This document shows, piece after piece, positions 63,621 to 64,000 of a DNA stretch of 64,000 nucleotides. Origin of the DNA: Heterodontus francisci (taxonomy: Eukaryota); the NCBI RefSeq assembly GCF_036365525.1, contig NC_090412.1:21644029-21708028 (forward strand), written 5' to 3'. The notes below the pieces were generated by a model. That model worked only from the letters and a program-made list of their open reading frames with translations. It did no database searches and was not told where the DNA came from. Position 1 is the stretch's first letter. Each line of letters opens with the position of its first letter. Made by a program: the position numbers and the translations under genes.

Positions 63621-63976
63621 ATTAGATTAGATTAGAGATACAGCACTGAAACAGGCCCTTCGGCCCACCGAGTCTGTGCCGACCATCAACCACCCATTTA
63701 TACTAATCCTACACTAATCCCATATTCCTACCAAACATCCCCACCTGTCCCTATATTTCCCTACCACCTACCTATACTAGTGACAATTTATAATGGTCAA
63801 TTTACCTACCAACCTGCAAGTCTCTTGGCTTGTGGGAGGAAACCGGAGCACCCGGAGAAAACCTACGCAAACACAGGGAGAACTTGCAAACTCCACACAG
63901 GCAGTACCCAGAATCGAACCCAGGTCCCTGGAGCTGTGAGGCTGCAGTGCTAACCACTGCGCCACTGTGCCGCCCT
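63621..63976 (-). mobile_element. HE1-type V-SINE, full length
   Basis: Head gggcggcacagtggcgcagtggttagcac, B box ggttcgatt, V-domain, (ctaat)n tail. Confidence 0.93.
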
Positions 63977-64000
63977 AGGATTAACAAGAGCCAGAGCTGG

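Noticed and set aside
63900-63976. tRNA-like sequences here and at 14180, 27420 and 53130
   Set aside because: SINE heads with A/B boxes continuing into SINE bodies, not tRNA genes

Overview
Vertebrate genomic DNA, almost certainly from a cartilaginous fish (shark/ray-type HE1 V-SINEs, Deu-domain SINEs, CR1/HER1 LINEs). The window holds the conserved SEC31B-NDUFB8-HIF1AN block. SEC31B is on the minus strand (putative non-coding exon 1 near 39.6 kb, 12 coding exons from 28629 down to 1927, 528 codons, running off the left edge). NDUFB8 is complete on the minus strand (5 exons, 55459-43587, 188 aa). HIF1AN/FIH exon 1 is on the plus strand (55849-55980), head-to-head with NDUFB8 across a ~390 bp CpG-rich promoter. 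The rest is intron or intergenic DNA rich in retroelements (CR1, L2, RTE, Tx1/L1, Penelope, SINEs) plus two large G/C-skewed minisatellites. The most notable observations are: a candidate in-frame 9-nt SEC31B microexon; a 1.65 kb unclassified element with terminal direct repeats, subterminal inverted repeats and NRF1/CTCF motifs; a tandem ETS+YY1 array in the SEC31B promoter; an RTE fold-back insertion with a TSD inside a Tx1 element; Penelope-derived hammerhead ribozyme motifs; and a polarised 26-bp minisatellite in HIF1AN intron 1. There is no prokaryotic-type system. Gene and repeat names come from recalled homology, not database searches, and repeat boundaries are approximate.
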